From the human T2T-CHM13v2.0 reference genome, Homo sapiens, in the NCBI RefSeq assembly GCF_009914755.1, contig NC_060932.1: DNA of 64,000 bases. One strand, written 5' to 3'. Shown one piece after another: positions 46,464-63,259 of the stretch. Every line of letters starts with the position of its first letter. The first letter of the stretch is position 1. The notes under the pieces were generated by a model. It was not told the DNA's origin. It ran no database searches and was given only the letters and a program-made list of their open reading frames with translations. Both the position numbers and the translations under genes were made by a program.

Positions 46464-46640
<177 letters not shown>

Positions 46641-46829
46641 TTAACCAGGCAGGGTGGCTCCCACCTGTAGTCCCAGCTACTCAGGAGGCTGAGGCTGAGG
46701 TGAGAAGATTGCTTGAGTCCAGGAGTTCAAGGCTGCAGTGAGCTGAGATCAAACCACTGCACTCCATCCAGCCTGGGTGACAGAGAAGACCCTGTCTCAG
46801 AAAAATAAGTAAATAAAAATAAAAATTTT

Positions 46830-48495
<1,666 letters not shown>

Positions 48496-48749
48496 ATTTC
48501 TTTTCCTGCAGAGCTGCCGTTTCTGTTTTTCATAGTTCTGCATTTATTGATTCACATTGGCATCATTGATAAATGCCCCAACTATTAACTATGTTTTATT
48601 CACTGGAACCTATAATTTCTCTTTTATTCTTGTTCATTCTGCTTTCAAATTAAGGTGTTAACATTATTCCCACTTCTAGGAGAGATTTCTTGAACCAAAA
48701 ACAAAAGTCTTAAAGCTCTGTACTCTAGTGGTATAAAGAACTCCTCAAG

Positions 48750-48910
48750 TGGGGAGGGATAGCATTGGGAGATATACCTAATGCTAGATGACGAGTTGGT
48801 GGGTGCAGCACACCAGCATGGCACATGTATACATATGTAACTAACCTGCACATTGTGTACATGTACCCTAAAACTTAAAGTATAATAATAATAAATTTAA
48901 AAAAAAAAAA
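48750..48910 (+). mobile_element. ~150 bp L1PA2/PA3-type 3' end with A-tail
   Basis: gatagcattgggagatatacctaatgctagatgacGAGtt...cttaaagtataat; the GAG diagnostic is non-Ta. TSD AACTCCTCAAG at 48739-48749 and 51304-51314. Confidence 0.9.
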
Positions 48911-48913
48911 GAG

Positions 48914-51270
48914 GCAGCCGCCGCCGCCCGACCGCCGGGAGGATGGAGTTCAGCGGGCAGCGGAGCTGTCTCAGTCTTTGCCGCCGCGCTGGCGAGCGCC
49001 GCCCGGGAGGCAGCGGCTGGAGGAGCGGACGGGCCCCGCGGGGCCCGAGGGCAAGGAGCAGCCGCCTGCCTTGGCCTCCCAAAGTGCCGAGATTGCAGCC
49101 TCTGCCCGGCTGCCACCCCGTCTGGGAAGTGAGGAGTGTCTCTGCCTGGCCGCCCATCGTCTGGGATGTGAGGAGCCCCTCTGCCTGGCTGCCCAGTCTG
49201 GAAAGTGAGGAGCGTCTCCGCCCGGCCGCCATCCCATCTAGGAAGTGAGGAGCGCCTCTTCCCAGCCGCGATCACATCTAGGAAGTGAGGAGCGTCTCTG
49301 CCCGGCCGCCCATCGTCTGAGATGTGGGGAGCGCCTCTGCCCCGCCGCCCCATCTGGGATGTGAGGAGCGCCTCTGCCCGGCCGAGACCCCGTCTGGGAG
49401 GTGAGGAGCGTCTCTGCCCGGCCGCCCCGTCTGAGAAGTGAGGAGACCCTCTGCCTGGCAACCACCCCGTCTGAGAAGTGAGGAGCCCCTCCGCCCGGCA
49501 GCTGCCCCGTCTGAGAAGTGAGGAGCCTCTCCGCCCGGCAGCCACCCCATCTGGGAAGTGAGGAGCGTCTCCGCCCGGCAGCCACCCCGTCCGGGAGGGA
49601 GGTGGGGGGGGGTCAGCCCCCCGCCCGGCCAGCCGCCCCATCCGGGAGGGAGGTGGGGGGTCAGCCCCCCCGCCCGGCCAGCCGTGCCATCCGGGAGGGA
49701 GGTGGGGGGGTCAGCCCCCCGCCTGGCCAGCCGTGCCGTCCGAGAGGGAGGTGGGGGGGTCAGCCCCCCACCCGGCCAGCCGCCCCGTCCGGGAGGTGAG
49801 GGGCGCCTCTGCCCGGCCGCCCCTACTGGGAAGTGAGGAGCCCCTCAGCCCGGCCAGCCACCCCGTCCGGGAGGGAGATGGGGGGGTCAGCCCCCCCACC
49901 CGGCCAGCCGCCCCGTCCGGGAGGGAGGTAGGGGGGTCAGCCCCCCACCTGGCCAGCCGCCCCGTCCGGGAGGGAGGTGGGGGGGTCAGCCCTCCGCCCG
50001 GCCAGCCGCCCCGTCTGGGAGGTGAGGGGCGCCTCTGCCCAGCCGCCCCTACTGGGAAGTGAGGAGCCCCTCTGCCCGGCCAGCCGCCCCGTCCTGGAGG
50101 GAGGTGGGGGGGTCAGCCCCCCGCCCGGCCAGCCGCCCTGTCCGGGAGGGAGGTGGGGGGGGTCGGCCCTCCGCCCGGCCAGCCGCCCCGTCTGGGAGGT
50201 GAGGGGCGCCTCTGCCCGGCCGCCCCTACTGGGAAGTGAGGAGCCCCTCTGCCCGGCCAGCCGCCCCGTCCGGGAGGGAGGTGGGGGGGTCGGCCCCCCG
50301 CCCGGCCAGCCGCCCCGTCCGGGAGGGAGGTGGGGGGGGTCGGCCCCCCTGCCCGGCCAGCCGCCCCGTCCGGGAGGTGAGGGGCGCCTCTGCCCGGCCG
50401 CCCCTACTGGGAAGTGAGGAGCCCCTCTGCCCGGCCAGCCGCCCCGTCCGGGAGGGAGGTGGGGGGGTCAGCCCCCCGCCCGGCCAGCCGCCCCGTCCGG
50501 GAGGGAGGTGGGTGGGGGGTCAGCCCCCCCACCCAGCCAGCCGCCCTGTCCGGGAGGTGAGGGGCGCCTCTGCCCGGCCGCCCCTACTGGGAAGTGAGGA
50601 GCCCCTCTGCCGGGCCAGCCGCCCCGTCCGGGAGGGAGGTGGGGGGGGTCGGCCCCCCTGCCCGGCCAGCCGCCCCGTCCGGGAGGTGAGGGGCGCCTCT
50701 GCCCGGCCGCCCCTACTGGGAAGTGAGGAACCCCTCTGCCCGGCCACAGCCCCGTCTGGGAGGTGTGCCCAACAGCTCATTGAGAACGGGCCAGGATGAC
50801 AATGGCGGCTTTGCGGAATAGAAAGGCGGGAAAGGTGGGGAAAAGATTGAGAAATCGGATGGTTGCCGTGTCTGTGTAGAAAGAAATAGACATGGGAGAC
50901 TTTTCATTTTGTTCTGCACTAAGAAAAATTCCTCTGCCTTGGGATCCTGTTGATCTGTGACCTTACCCCCAACCCTGTGCTCTCTGAAACATGTGCTGTG
51001 TCCACTCAGGGTTAAATGGATTAAGGGCGGTGCAAGATGTGCTTTGTTAAACAGATGCTTGAAGGCAGCATGCTCGTTAAGAGTCATCACCAATCCCTAA
51101 TCTCAAGTAATCAGGGACACAAACACTGCGGAAGGCCGCAGGGTCCTCTGCCTAGGAAAACCAGAGACCTTTGTTCACTTGTTTATCTGCTGACCTTCCC
51201 TCCACTATTGTCCCATGACCCTGCCAAATCCCCCTCTGTGAGAAACACCCAAGAATTATCAATAAAAAAA
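48914..51270 (+). mobile_element. SVA_F1 (MAST2-SVA) retrotransposon, 5'-truncated inside the MAST2 segment
   Basis: 48915-49061 encodes MAST2 exon-1 peptide QPPPPDRREDGVQ...PEGKEQ, joined at GAGCAG|CCGCCTGCC to the Alu-like domain. GC-rich VNTR ~49130-50760, SINE-R ~50760-51265, AATAAA at 51261. No CCCTCT hexamer. Confidence 0.95.
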
Positions 51271-51384
51271 TAAAAAAAAAAAAAGAATTAAAAAAAAAAA
51301 AAAAACTCCTCAAGAAGCTGCCTATGTAAAGGGCAGGGAGGGAGGACCGAATTGTAATTTGCAGATTACTCTACTGACTGTATG

Positions 51385-51403
51385 TGGCCACCAGGGGGAG
51401 GTT
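51385..51403 (+). promoter_or_regulatory. Candidate CTCF site
   Basis: TGGCCACCAGGGGGAGGTT matches the first 14 nt of the consensus TGGCCACCAGGGGGCGC. Confidence 0.6.
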
Positions 51404-51424
51404 AAACTGTGAGGCTCTATTTTA

Positions 51425-52133
<709 letters not shown>

Positions 52134-52509
52134 TTAGGGATCCTGAATACTGAAAAGATAACAGGATCTCTGCCATGACACAAGCTACACTACAACCACG
52201 AAGTAAGAAGTCCAACACAATCTGAGCACTACTTGTCCATTTCACAGGTGAGAATTTCAGAGGATAACCTTATAAACAAAAGATCCAGTCAATAGTGCAG
52301 TCATTTGTCACTGATAGGCAACAGGAATATTCCAGCATTTATAATTTATAAGAAAACAGAAGTGGGCCGGGTGCGGTGGTTCACACCTGTAATCCCAGCA
52401 CTTTGGGAGGCTGAGGTGGGTGGATCACCTGAGGTCAGGAGTTCGAGACCAGCCTGGTCAAGATGGTGAAACCCCGTCTCTACCAAAAATACAAAAATTA
52501 GCTGGGCAT

Positions 52510-52609
52510 TCATGCAGCCTGCAGAACCATGAGTCAAACAAACCTCTTCTCTTTATAAATTACCCAGCCTCAGGTATTCATTGATAGCAACACAAAATGG
52601 ACTAATACA
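52510..52609 (+). mobile_element. 3' end of an MSTB-type LTR, truncated on the left by a partial Alu (52365-52509)
   Basis: cagcctgcagaaccatgag...tttataaattacccagcctcaggtattc...ggactaataca. Confidence 0.75.
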
Positions 52610-52931
52610 CTAATCTGAGCAAAAAACTTCTCCTCCTCTAGAAAAAAATCTTTTGTTGCTTTAAGTTGTAAAGAATTGCCAATCACTTCTCAGCCTTTTA
52701 GCTACGATTTAAAAAAAAATCATGCCTAAAGAATCCCTCTGCAGTTAGTTTTGAGAGGTGTTTTTGTTTGTTTGTTTGTTTTGAGACAGGATCTTGCTCT
52801 GTTGCCCAGGCTGGAGTGCAGTGGCACCATCTCGGCTCACTGTAGCCTCTGCATCCTGGGTTCAAGCAATCCTCCCACCTCAGCCTCATGAGTAGCTGAG
52901 ACTACAGGCACACACCAACACGCCCAGCTAA

Positions 52932-53317
52932 TTTTTTTTTTCTTTTTTTTTGGAGAGACAAGGTCTCACTATATTGCCCAGGCTAGTCTTGAATTCCTGG
53001 GCTCAAGTGATCCGCCCACCTTGGTCGTCCACCTCGACCTCCCAAAGTTCTGGGATTACAGGTGTGAGCCACTGCGCCAGGTCTTAAGAGGTGTTTTTTT
53101 TAAAAAAAGTGTTTTATTTTTCAGAGATGAGGGCTTGCTGTATTGCCCAGTCTAGATTCAACCTCCTGGGCTCAAGCAATTCTCCTGCCTCAGCCTCCCG
53201 AGTAGCTGGGACTACAAGTGTACGACGACACTGTGCCTGGATTGTTGAGAGTTTTAGTTATTTTCAAATTGACACAGTTTTATTAGTTATCCTTTAATAA
53301 ACATGGTATTCTAATTG
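52932..53317 (-). repeat. Inverted duplication, copy B (probable source copy)
   Basis: Its Alu is complete (52766-53081), with TSD-like flanks at 52749-52765 and 53082-53098. Confidence 0.93.
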
Positions 53318-53685
53318 ATGTAGGACTTCAGCCCTAGGGGCATTGCCAGAGCGTTTCAAAGAGGTTGCTACCGGTACTACAACAAGTACATCAACGTGAA
53401 GAAGGGGAGCATCTCTGGGTTTACCATGGTGCTGGCAGGCTAGATGCTCTTCAGCTACTGACTTTCCTACAAGGAGCTCAAGCACCAGCGGCTACTCAAG
53501 TATCACTGAAGAAGAAGGCACACTCCGCACTCCCCCACACGACCTTCTTGGCCCGAGCCCCTCCATAAGGGAGACAGTCTCGATAGTTGCTGAATCCTTT
53601 CATATTCTAATGGGAATTAACCTCCAAGGAAAAGATGACTGGTATGTGAAAAATAAATAAATAAACAAACAAACAGATAAATATG
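53315..53685 (+). pseudogene. ATP5MF: 5'-truncated processed pseudogene of ATP synthase subunit f (ATP5MF/ATP5J2)
   Basis: 53318-53509 reads M*DFSPRGIARAFQRGCYRYYNKYINVKKGSISGFTMVLAG*MLFSY*LSYKELKHQRLLKYH*: intronless, three internal stops, followed by a 3'UTR and A-rich tail. Symbol is the parent gene. Confidence 0.92.
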
Positions 53686-54102
53686 TAATACCATGTACCT
53701 GCTGTTGACCTGACTTTTCTATAACATTGCTCTCAACTTCATTCATTCATTCATTTAGGAAAGATTTACTCGGAAGATGTTCAGTTTTGTGAAAAAGACA
53801 GATATAAAACACTGTCCTAATTTTGTGAAAGAGACAGATATAAAACAACAAGGCTATTTTTGTGGGTAAACACATAGAAATATCATTGTGGAAACGTTCT
53901 CAGAATTAAAAATCCAGTATAAAATTCCAGATCCACTTTTTTTTTTTTTTTTTTTTTGAGTGGGAGTCTCACTCTGTTGCCCAGGCTGGAGTGCAGTGGC
54001 ACAATCTAGGCTCACTGCAACCTTCGACTCCCGGGTTTGGTCAACCGGTTCTGCTGTCTCAGCCTCCCGAGTAGCTGGGATTACAGGCACGTGCCACCAT
54101 GA

Positions 54103-54258
<156 letters not shown>

Positions 54259-54620
54259 TAACAGACATCAGTTGTAAGTACCACAATATATGTGTTATAT
54301 TCAACGGTATTTAATATTTAAATCAAAATAATAATACATGATTATATGTATTTTATTTCTACATTTATAATTTTAAAAATCATACTTTTGTCAATGTATA
54401 ACTCTTTTGCACTTCTCCTAAGTCTTGTGTTAGGTCAATCTGTTTCACAGTCATCACATTTGGGAAAAATCAGAAAAAAGAAGAAAGGGGAAAGCAAGTA
54501 ATTTGGTATTTCTTAGTCTGTCATACTAAATAGTTAAATGGTAACTCTGCCAGTCTAGGGCAAAATAGAACAGATTATTATTAATTTCTCAATGCTCCAA
54601 ATACCTAGTTTGGGAATGTG

Positions 54621-54796
54621 CATATATATATATATGCTAAATATATTTTATATATATATATGCTAAATATATTTTATATATATATGCTAAATATATTATA
54701 TATATGCTAAATATATTTTATATATATATGCTAAATATATTTCATATATATGCTAAATATATTATATATATATACTAAATATATTTTTATATATAG
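54621..54796. repeat. AT-rich minisatellite, unit ~atatatatgctaaatatattt
   Basis: About 6-7 copies of a ~21-28 bp unit with a variable (TA)n. Confidence 0.9.
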
Positions 54797-55084
54797 TATT
54801 TGTTTTTTAAATAGAGATGTGGTCTTTTTATGTTGTCCAGGCTGGTCTTGAACTCCTGGGCTCAAACAGTCCTCCTACCTCAGCCTCCCAACGTGCTAGG
54901 ATTACAGACATGAGCCACCACGCCTGGCTGGCAATGTGTATTTCAACAAATATTTCTCCTTATAATCCTGTGGTTCTCAATCCTGGCTGCACATCAGATC
55001 CTTAAACAAACTAAAATGTTTTTCAGCCCAGCCTTCTAACATTCAGATTCAGAAGGTGGAAGGGATTTGGGCTCAGACATCTAA

Positions 55085-55390
<306 letters not shown>

Positions 55391-56569
55391 TGAATTTTTA
55401 AAAAGCCACAGAGATGGATTTGATTCATAGTCAGACCTGAGAAATAATGATGTAGTCTGTGGTGTAGACACACTGAACTTACAATCCCTGAAAAACTCTG
55501 ATCTTCCCACCTCCATGTGTCCAAGCCTAGCCCACTTCTTTCACTAAGCATTTGTAGCCTCCTGAATGGACTCACTCTAGCCCTTTGTTCCTTCTAATAT
55601 AGTTCCTGTCATTTGCCCTGCACTATTGGGATTATATATCCATATCACCTCTCTTAGTAGACTGAGAACTCTTTGGGAGCAGGGCTACAGCTTCTTTATT
55701 TTTAAACACTCTACAATATCCTGAAAGTATTAGATATTCTAAAAAATACTTGTCTTAAGTGCAATGTGGTATCTTATGTTGGATCCTGGAACAGAAAAAA
55801 GAGATTAGTAGAAAAACTAGTAAAACTCAAATAAAGTTTGCACTTTAGGAATGCACCAATATAAATTCCTTATTTTTGATAAATGTGTCATGGTTATGTA
55901 AGATGTTAACATTAGAAGAAGTTGGGTGAAGGATTTATAGAAACTCTCTGTACTATCTATTGCAACTTTTAGAATTATAAAATCCTAATTTTATCATTTT
56001 AAAAATTATAAAATCCTAATTTTATAATTCTAAAAGTATTACAAAATAAATTACTTAAAGCCAAAAAAAAAACCTCTTGATAAAATAAATTTAATTCAAT
56101 AATCAAAAGTTTTATCCAAATCTTTCCCCACAAAAGTGGCCGGGCACAGTGGCTCATGCCTATAATCCCAGCACTTTGGGAGCCCGAGGTGGGCAGATCA
56201 CTTGAGCCCAGAAGTTTGAGACCACCCTGGCCAACAGGGTGAAACTCCATCTTTATTAAAAATACAAAAATTAGCCAGGCATGGTGGTGCGTACCTGTAG
56301 TCCCAGCTATTCGAGAAGCCAAGACAGGAGAATCCTTAGAAAGAATTGCTTGAACCTGGGAGGCGGGGGTGCAGTGAGCTGAGATCACGCTACTGCACTC
56401 CAGGTTGGGCGACAAGAGCAAGATTCCATCTTAAAATAAAATAAATATAGCCTGTGCGACAGAGCGAGACTCCATCTCAAAAAAAAAACAACGTAATAAA
56501 TAAATCTTTCCTAACAAAAGATATTTTAACGATGAATGATAAATTGTTAAATTAAAGGCAGTCATATAC

Positions 56570-56610
<41 letters not shown>

Positions 56611-57889
56611 ATTAATTGTAAAGATACACAACAAAATGTTAGAGTGATTTCTCTTCAGGTGGTAGAATTATAGATTATAGGTGATGTTTATGTCCTGATT
56701 ACCTTTATTTTCTAAATTTTCTATAGTAAACAGGTGTTTTTTGGTAATAAAATTTTTTTTTTAATTTAATGTTCTCCAATATGATAACTCTAGAAAGTGC
56801 CATGTCATGAACAGTTACAATACATAGCTGTGGGCTTTCTCCAAGGTCCTGGCTCTTATAAAGTAGAGCTTTCTAGGAACTACTCCACTTGACAGGAATT
56901 CCCATTTCAGACAGAAGTCAGGGAAGACAGATTCAGTCTCCTGTGCATCCTAGAATTAGGGCAGACACAGAGCTGTTCAGAAAGCCCAAAGTTGGCTCTC
57001 GTTAGACGATGCTCTGTTTTATTTTTTTAGAGACAGGGCCTCATTCTGTTGTTCAGGCTGGAGTGCAGTGGTCAATCATAGTTCAACTGTAACTTTGAAC
57101 TCCTGGGCTCGAGCCACATTCCCACCTCAGCCTCTTGAGTAGCTAGAACTACAGGTGTGTGCCACCATGCCTGGCTAATTTTTTTTTTAATTATTTGTAG
57201 GCTAGGTGCAGTGGCCTGTAATCTCAGCACTTTGAGAGGCTGAGGTGGGAGGATCACTTGAGGCCAGGAGATTGAGACCAACCTGAGTAACAAAGTGAGA
57301 TCCTGTCTCTACAAAAAACTGTTTAAAAATTACCCAGGCGAGGCAGAGGTTGCAGTGAGCTGAGATCATGCCACTGCACTCCAGCCTGGGTGACAGAGCA
57401 AGACTCCATCTCAAAAAAAGAAAAAAATTACCCAGGCATGGTGGTTGTGTGCTTGTAGTCCCAGCTACTCAGGGGGCTGAGGTGGGAGGACTGCTTGACC
57501 CAGGAGACTGAGGCGACAATAAGCCACAATCACAGCACTGCACTCTAGCCTGAGTGACAGAGTGAGACCGTGTCTCTAAAAAAAAAAATTATTTGTAGAG
57601 ATGGGGGTCTCGCTATGTTGCCCAGCCTGGTCTCAAACTCCTGGCCTTAGTGATCCTCCTGCCTTAGCCTCCCAAAGCAATGGGATTACAGACGTGAGCC
57701 ACCACATCTGGCCAGAAGATTCTTTAGTGGAACCCAGTCTGGGCTGGCAACAAACCACTTACATAGAGTGTGTGTGTGTGTGCGCGTGCGCGCGGGCACG
57801 CACATTAAAATAACACAACATAAAACTTATCCTTGCAATCATTACCAAAAATTATTTTTCTTTTTACAACAACCTCTTGTCCAACAGAA

Positions 57890-58871
<982 letters not shown>

Positions 58872-61800
58872 TCATTCTTATGGTGTGAGAGTCACTCACA
58901 TTTTATATGTCCTCTGTATCCTTAGCAAGCACACTACAAATACTTGTACTTGTTTGTTAAGATTTGCCACACTGGCCAGGTGCGGTGGCTTATGCCTGTA
59001 ATCCCAGCAATTTGGGACGCCAAGGCTGGTGGATCACCTGAGGCCAGGAGTTTGAGACCAACCTGTTCAACATGGCGAAACCTCTTCTCTACTAAAAATA
59101 CAAAAATTAGCCAGGCGTGGTGGTGCATGCGTATAATCCCAGATACTTGGGAGGCTGAGGCAGGGAGAATCATTTCAACCCATGAGGAGGAGGTTGCAGT
59201 GAGCCAAGATCATGCCATTGCACTCCAGCCTGGGTAACAGAGCGCGACTCCATCTCAAAAAAAAAAAAAAAAAAAAAGAAAAGAAAGAAAAGAAAAGAAA
59301 AAAGAAAAAGATTTGCCACACTAATGAATATTTGACCCAGAGCAGTTGAAATGCAAATTTACTCTGTTTTCCTTTCCCAACCCAGGACACCTCCTAAACA
59401 CTTTACATAGAAAAACAGGCATGGAACTAGAGGGCCATGCATGGGAAAGCATGACAGTGAGGGCAGAAAGAGTTCTGAGGGAGAGGCTGGGGAGGGCAAG
59501 CACAGAGTCCAAGGAAACCAAGCAGAGCCAAAGGACAGAAGAAAGCGATGAGGCCGGGCACGGTGGCTCGTGCCTGTAATACCAACACTTGTAGAAGACC
59601 AAAGCAAGGGGATTGCTTGTGCCCAGGAGTTCAAGACCAGCCTGGACAACATAGGGGGATCCTCCCATCTCTATAAAAAAAATTTTTAAAAATAGCCAGG
59701 CATGCTGGCATGTGCCTGTAGTCCCAGCTACTCAGGAGGCTGAGATGAGAGGATCGCTTAAGCCAGGGAGGTTGAGGCTGCAGTGTGCTGTGACAGAGTG
59801 AAATCCAGCTTGGATGACAGAGTGAGATTCTGTTGGAAAGGAAGGAAAGGAGAGGGGAGGGAAGGGGAGGGGAGGGGAGGGAGAAAGGAAGGAAATAAAA
59901 GGAGAGAAAAAAATTAAAGAGTTAAGGGGTGGGAACAAGAGACCAAAAATTCAATGGACATTTTACCCAAATGGAAATATTACCAACTGTCACTCATCTG
60001 AACAAAGCCTGCCAGAAAAGCCAGTTTGGCCGCTTGGAAGAAGGAGAGGGTAAAAGTCAAAGCTTCTGACTTGAGCCTTGAAAACATATCTGGACATGAC
60101 TCTTACATTTTGATCTTTTTGGGTTACTTTGCTAATCCCCACCTTGATTTAAGTGATTTCTGAAATTAACTTCAGCATTACGTAATCACAAAACTATTCA
60201 GGCCTCTACGATGAAACGCCTTTCACTAGCTTTTGAAAATAGATGTCTGGGTGTGTGCAAGCAGGCAATTACCAAACTGGCATGTCTTGTATGCCATTCC
60301 ACCCCACAAAGCACTTTGTGGATCAAAAACAGTCTTTAACTGTTAAAAGAAAAAAATTATTTCCATTTTTTAATTTTTGCTAGAATTGTTAGATTTTATA
60401 AGAAGACTTACACTTTAACTTTTTTTCTTTTTTTTTGAGACAGGGTCTCACTCTGTCATCCAGGCTGAAGTGCAGTGGTGTGACGTGGGGTCACTGCAAC
60501 CTCTGCCTCCGGGGCTCAGGCAATCCTCCTACCTCAGACTCCTGAACAGCTGGGACCATAGGTGCATGCTACCATGCCCAACTAATTTTTATTTTTTAAT
60601 TTTTTTTGTAGAGACAGTGTTTCACCATGTTGCCCAGGCTGGTCTCAAACTCCTGACCTCAAGCGATCTGCCCTCCTCGGCCTCCCAAAGTGTGGGATTA
60701 CAGCCGTGAACCACCTCGCCTGGCCTTAACTCTTTTTTTTTTTTTTTTTTTTTGAGATGGAGTCTTGCTCTGTCGCCTAAGCTGGAGTGCAGTGGCATGA
60801 TCTCGGCTTACTGCAACCTCCGCCTCCTGGGTTCAAGTGATTCAAGTGCTAGGATTACAGGCGGGAGCCACCATGCCCGGCCCTGGCCTTAACTCTTAAT
60901 AATTAACTTCTAAGCTTCAAGTTTAAAAATTTAAAAATTGTACATTTTTTTTTTTTTTTTTTTTTGCTTATTGTTGCTAAAATTAACTCCTATTCCTAAA
61001 GATGCATTTCTTCAGTTTCACATCTAGGCTTGGTGGTCTGAAAGATTAAAAAAAAAAAAAAACCTGAAAATCGAAAACAACCCTTGTGAAAAATATTAAT
61101 ATTCTTCCTAAGAAAAATATTTTAAATTCTCTTGAAAATTTTTTTATAAAAATGAACATATTTTTAATAGAACTCTGATCCATTATGCCACTCTCCCAAA
61201 CTAATTTCATTTCTGATTTCTGGGCATGACTAACTGATGTCTTTGGAGACCTTCAGGGAAACCCTTGTGTGCTCAGAGACGTAATACAGGTGACTAAGAC
61301 AAATGTTCATCTGAGTCAGTGCTTAGGTGATATTGTTTATGCAACATTTAAAATGACACACATGGCTGGGTGCGGCAGCTCACACCTGTAATCCCAGCAT
61401 TTTGGGAGGCCGAGGTGGGCAGATCACCTGAGGTTAGGAGTTCGAGACCAGCCTGGCCAACATGGTGAAACCCCGTCTCTACTAAAAATACAAAAATTAG
61501 CTGGGCATGGCAGCACGAGCCTGAAATCCCAGCTACTTGGAGGCTGAGGCAGGAGAATCGTTTGACCCCAGCATACAGAGGTTGCAGGAGCCAAATTGCA
61601 TCATTGCATTCCAGCCTGAGCAACAAAAGTGAAACTCTGTCTTAAAAAAAATTAAAAAATAAAATAAAATAAAATGACATATATGGCATACCAGCAATTT
61701 CAGGCTGAAATTTTAAGGCTCCAGGTAGTCATTATCTCAGCTGTTGCTGTAGGACATTTCAAGAATCTATTTACAACCCATCTTCTCTCTCTTAATCTCT

Positions 61801-62422
61801 GCTAAGGCTCCTTTTTTATACCTGTCAATTAATTTATATATACCAGAGAGTCAACCAAATACTTATTGAGACTCTTTTGTAAACACCACGTGACAGGGAT
61901 CATGAAGGGTGGAGATGATTCTTGGTGATTCTTGGTCTTTAGAGAAGTTACTTTTTTTTTTTTAAACAGAGTCTTGCTCTGTTTCACAGGCTGGGGTGCA
62001 GTGCATGAGCTGGGCTTACTGCAACCTCTGCCTCCCGGGCTCAAGTGATCCTCCCATGTCAGTGTTCTGAGTAGCTAGGACCACAGGCATGTGCCACCAC
62101 GCCTGGCTAATTTAATTTTTTTTCTAGAGACAAGGTCTGTCTATGTTGCCGAGGCTGATTTCAAACTCATGGGCTCAAGATATCCTCCTGCGTCAGCCTC
62201 CTAAAGTGCTGGGATTACAGGTGTGAAATCTTATTTAAAAAAAAAAAGTCACTTCATCAGGCTCAATGGCTCATGCCACTGTTGGGATTACAATCCCAAC
62301 ACTTTGGGAGCCCAAGGCACAAGGATCACTTGAGCCCAGGAGTTTGAGACCAGCCTGGGCAACATAATGAGACTTTGTGTCTCCAAAAAAAAAATTAATT
62401 ACTTGAGTGTGGTGGTACGTTA

Positions 62423-62572
<150 letters not shown>

Positions 62573-63259
62573 TTAAAAAAGCTATGTTTATTATATATAT
62601 AGCCTTCTATCATAATTAGTTATTTAAATGCCTGTCTCACTCAAAAGAAATATATAAATACTGGAGGACAGGAATAAAAACTGTCCAGGAAGCAGGTTTT
62701 ATTCTTCCATGATCTCTCACAGTGCAATACATATTTGTTGAAATATATAAACAGAAGGACCACAAGAAGTATCATACATTTCTATAGTTTATTCATTTTC
62801 AAAACTCGGCACAAGATTTCCAATAGAAACTCTTTTAAATTAGTGGTTCAATTTTCAAGCTAGTGGTCCAAACTGATAAAAATGGAGGTTTAGTCACCAA
62901 ACCTACAATACTGGAAGTTGAATTTTTAATGCTATATTGGTATCTCTTCTAGAAAGTGAGGTCTAGGAGAGCAGGAAGCATGTGTATCTTGGTTTATCAG
63001 TAAGGATACTTTTGCTACAAGCAACAGGAATCAGCTCTGGGGAGCCTGATGTGTAGAGTTTGGTCAATAAAGCAGTATGACAGAGGAGCACAGAGTATAC
63101 TGTAGGACAAGATGGGGAAGGGAGATAGAAGATTTCAAAGAGATTGTTTCATTTAAGGTGAATCTTAGAGAACAAGCACATTTCCAGGCAGACAAGAAGA
63201 GAAAGGATCATTCAAATGGAAGTTAGAGCCCGTGCAAACAAAGGCTGGGAAATGTGAGA

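Noticed and set aside
49130-50760. CRISPR-like repeat array
   Set aside because: Units are tandem SVA VNTR with no unique spacers, in eukaryotic context with no cas genes.
48868-51093. Long ORFs (up to 257 aa) on both strands
   Set aside because: These are stop-poor GC-rich SVA VNTR/SINE-R translations, not a gene.
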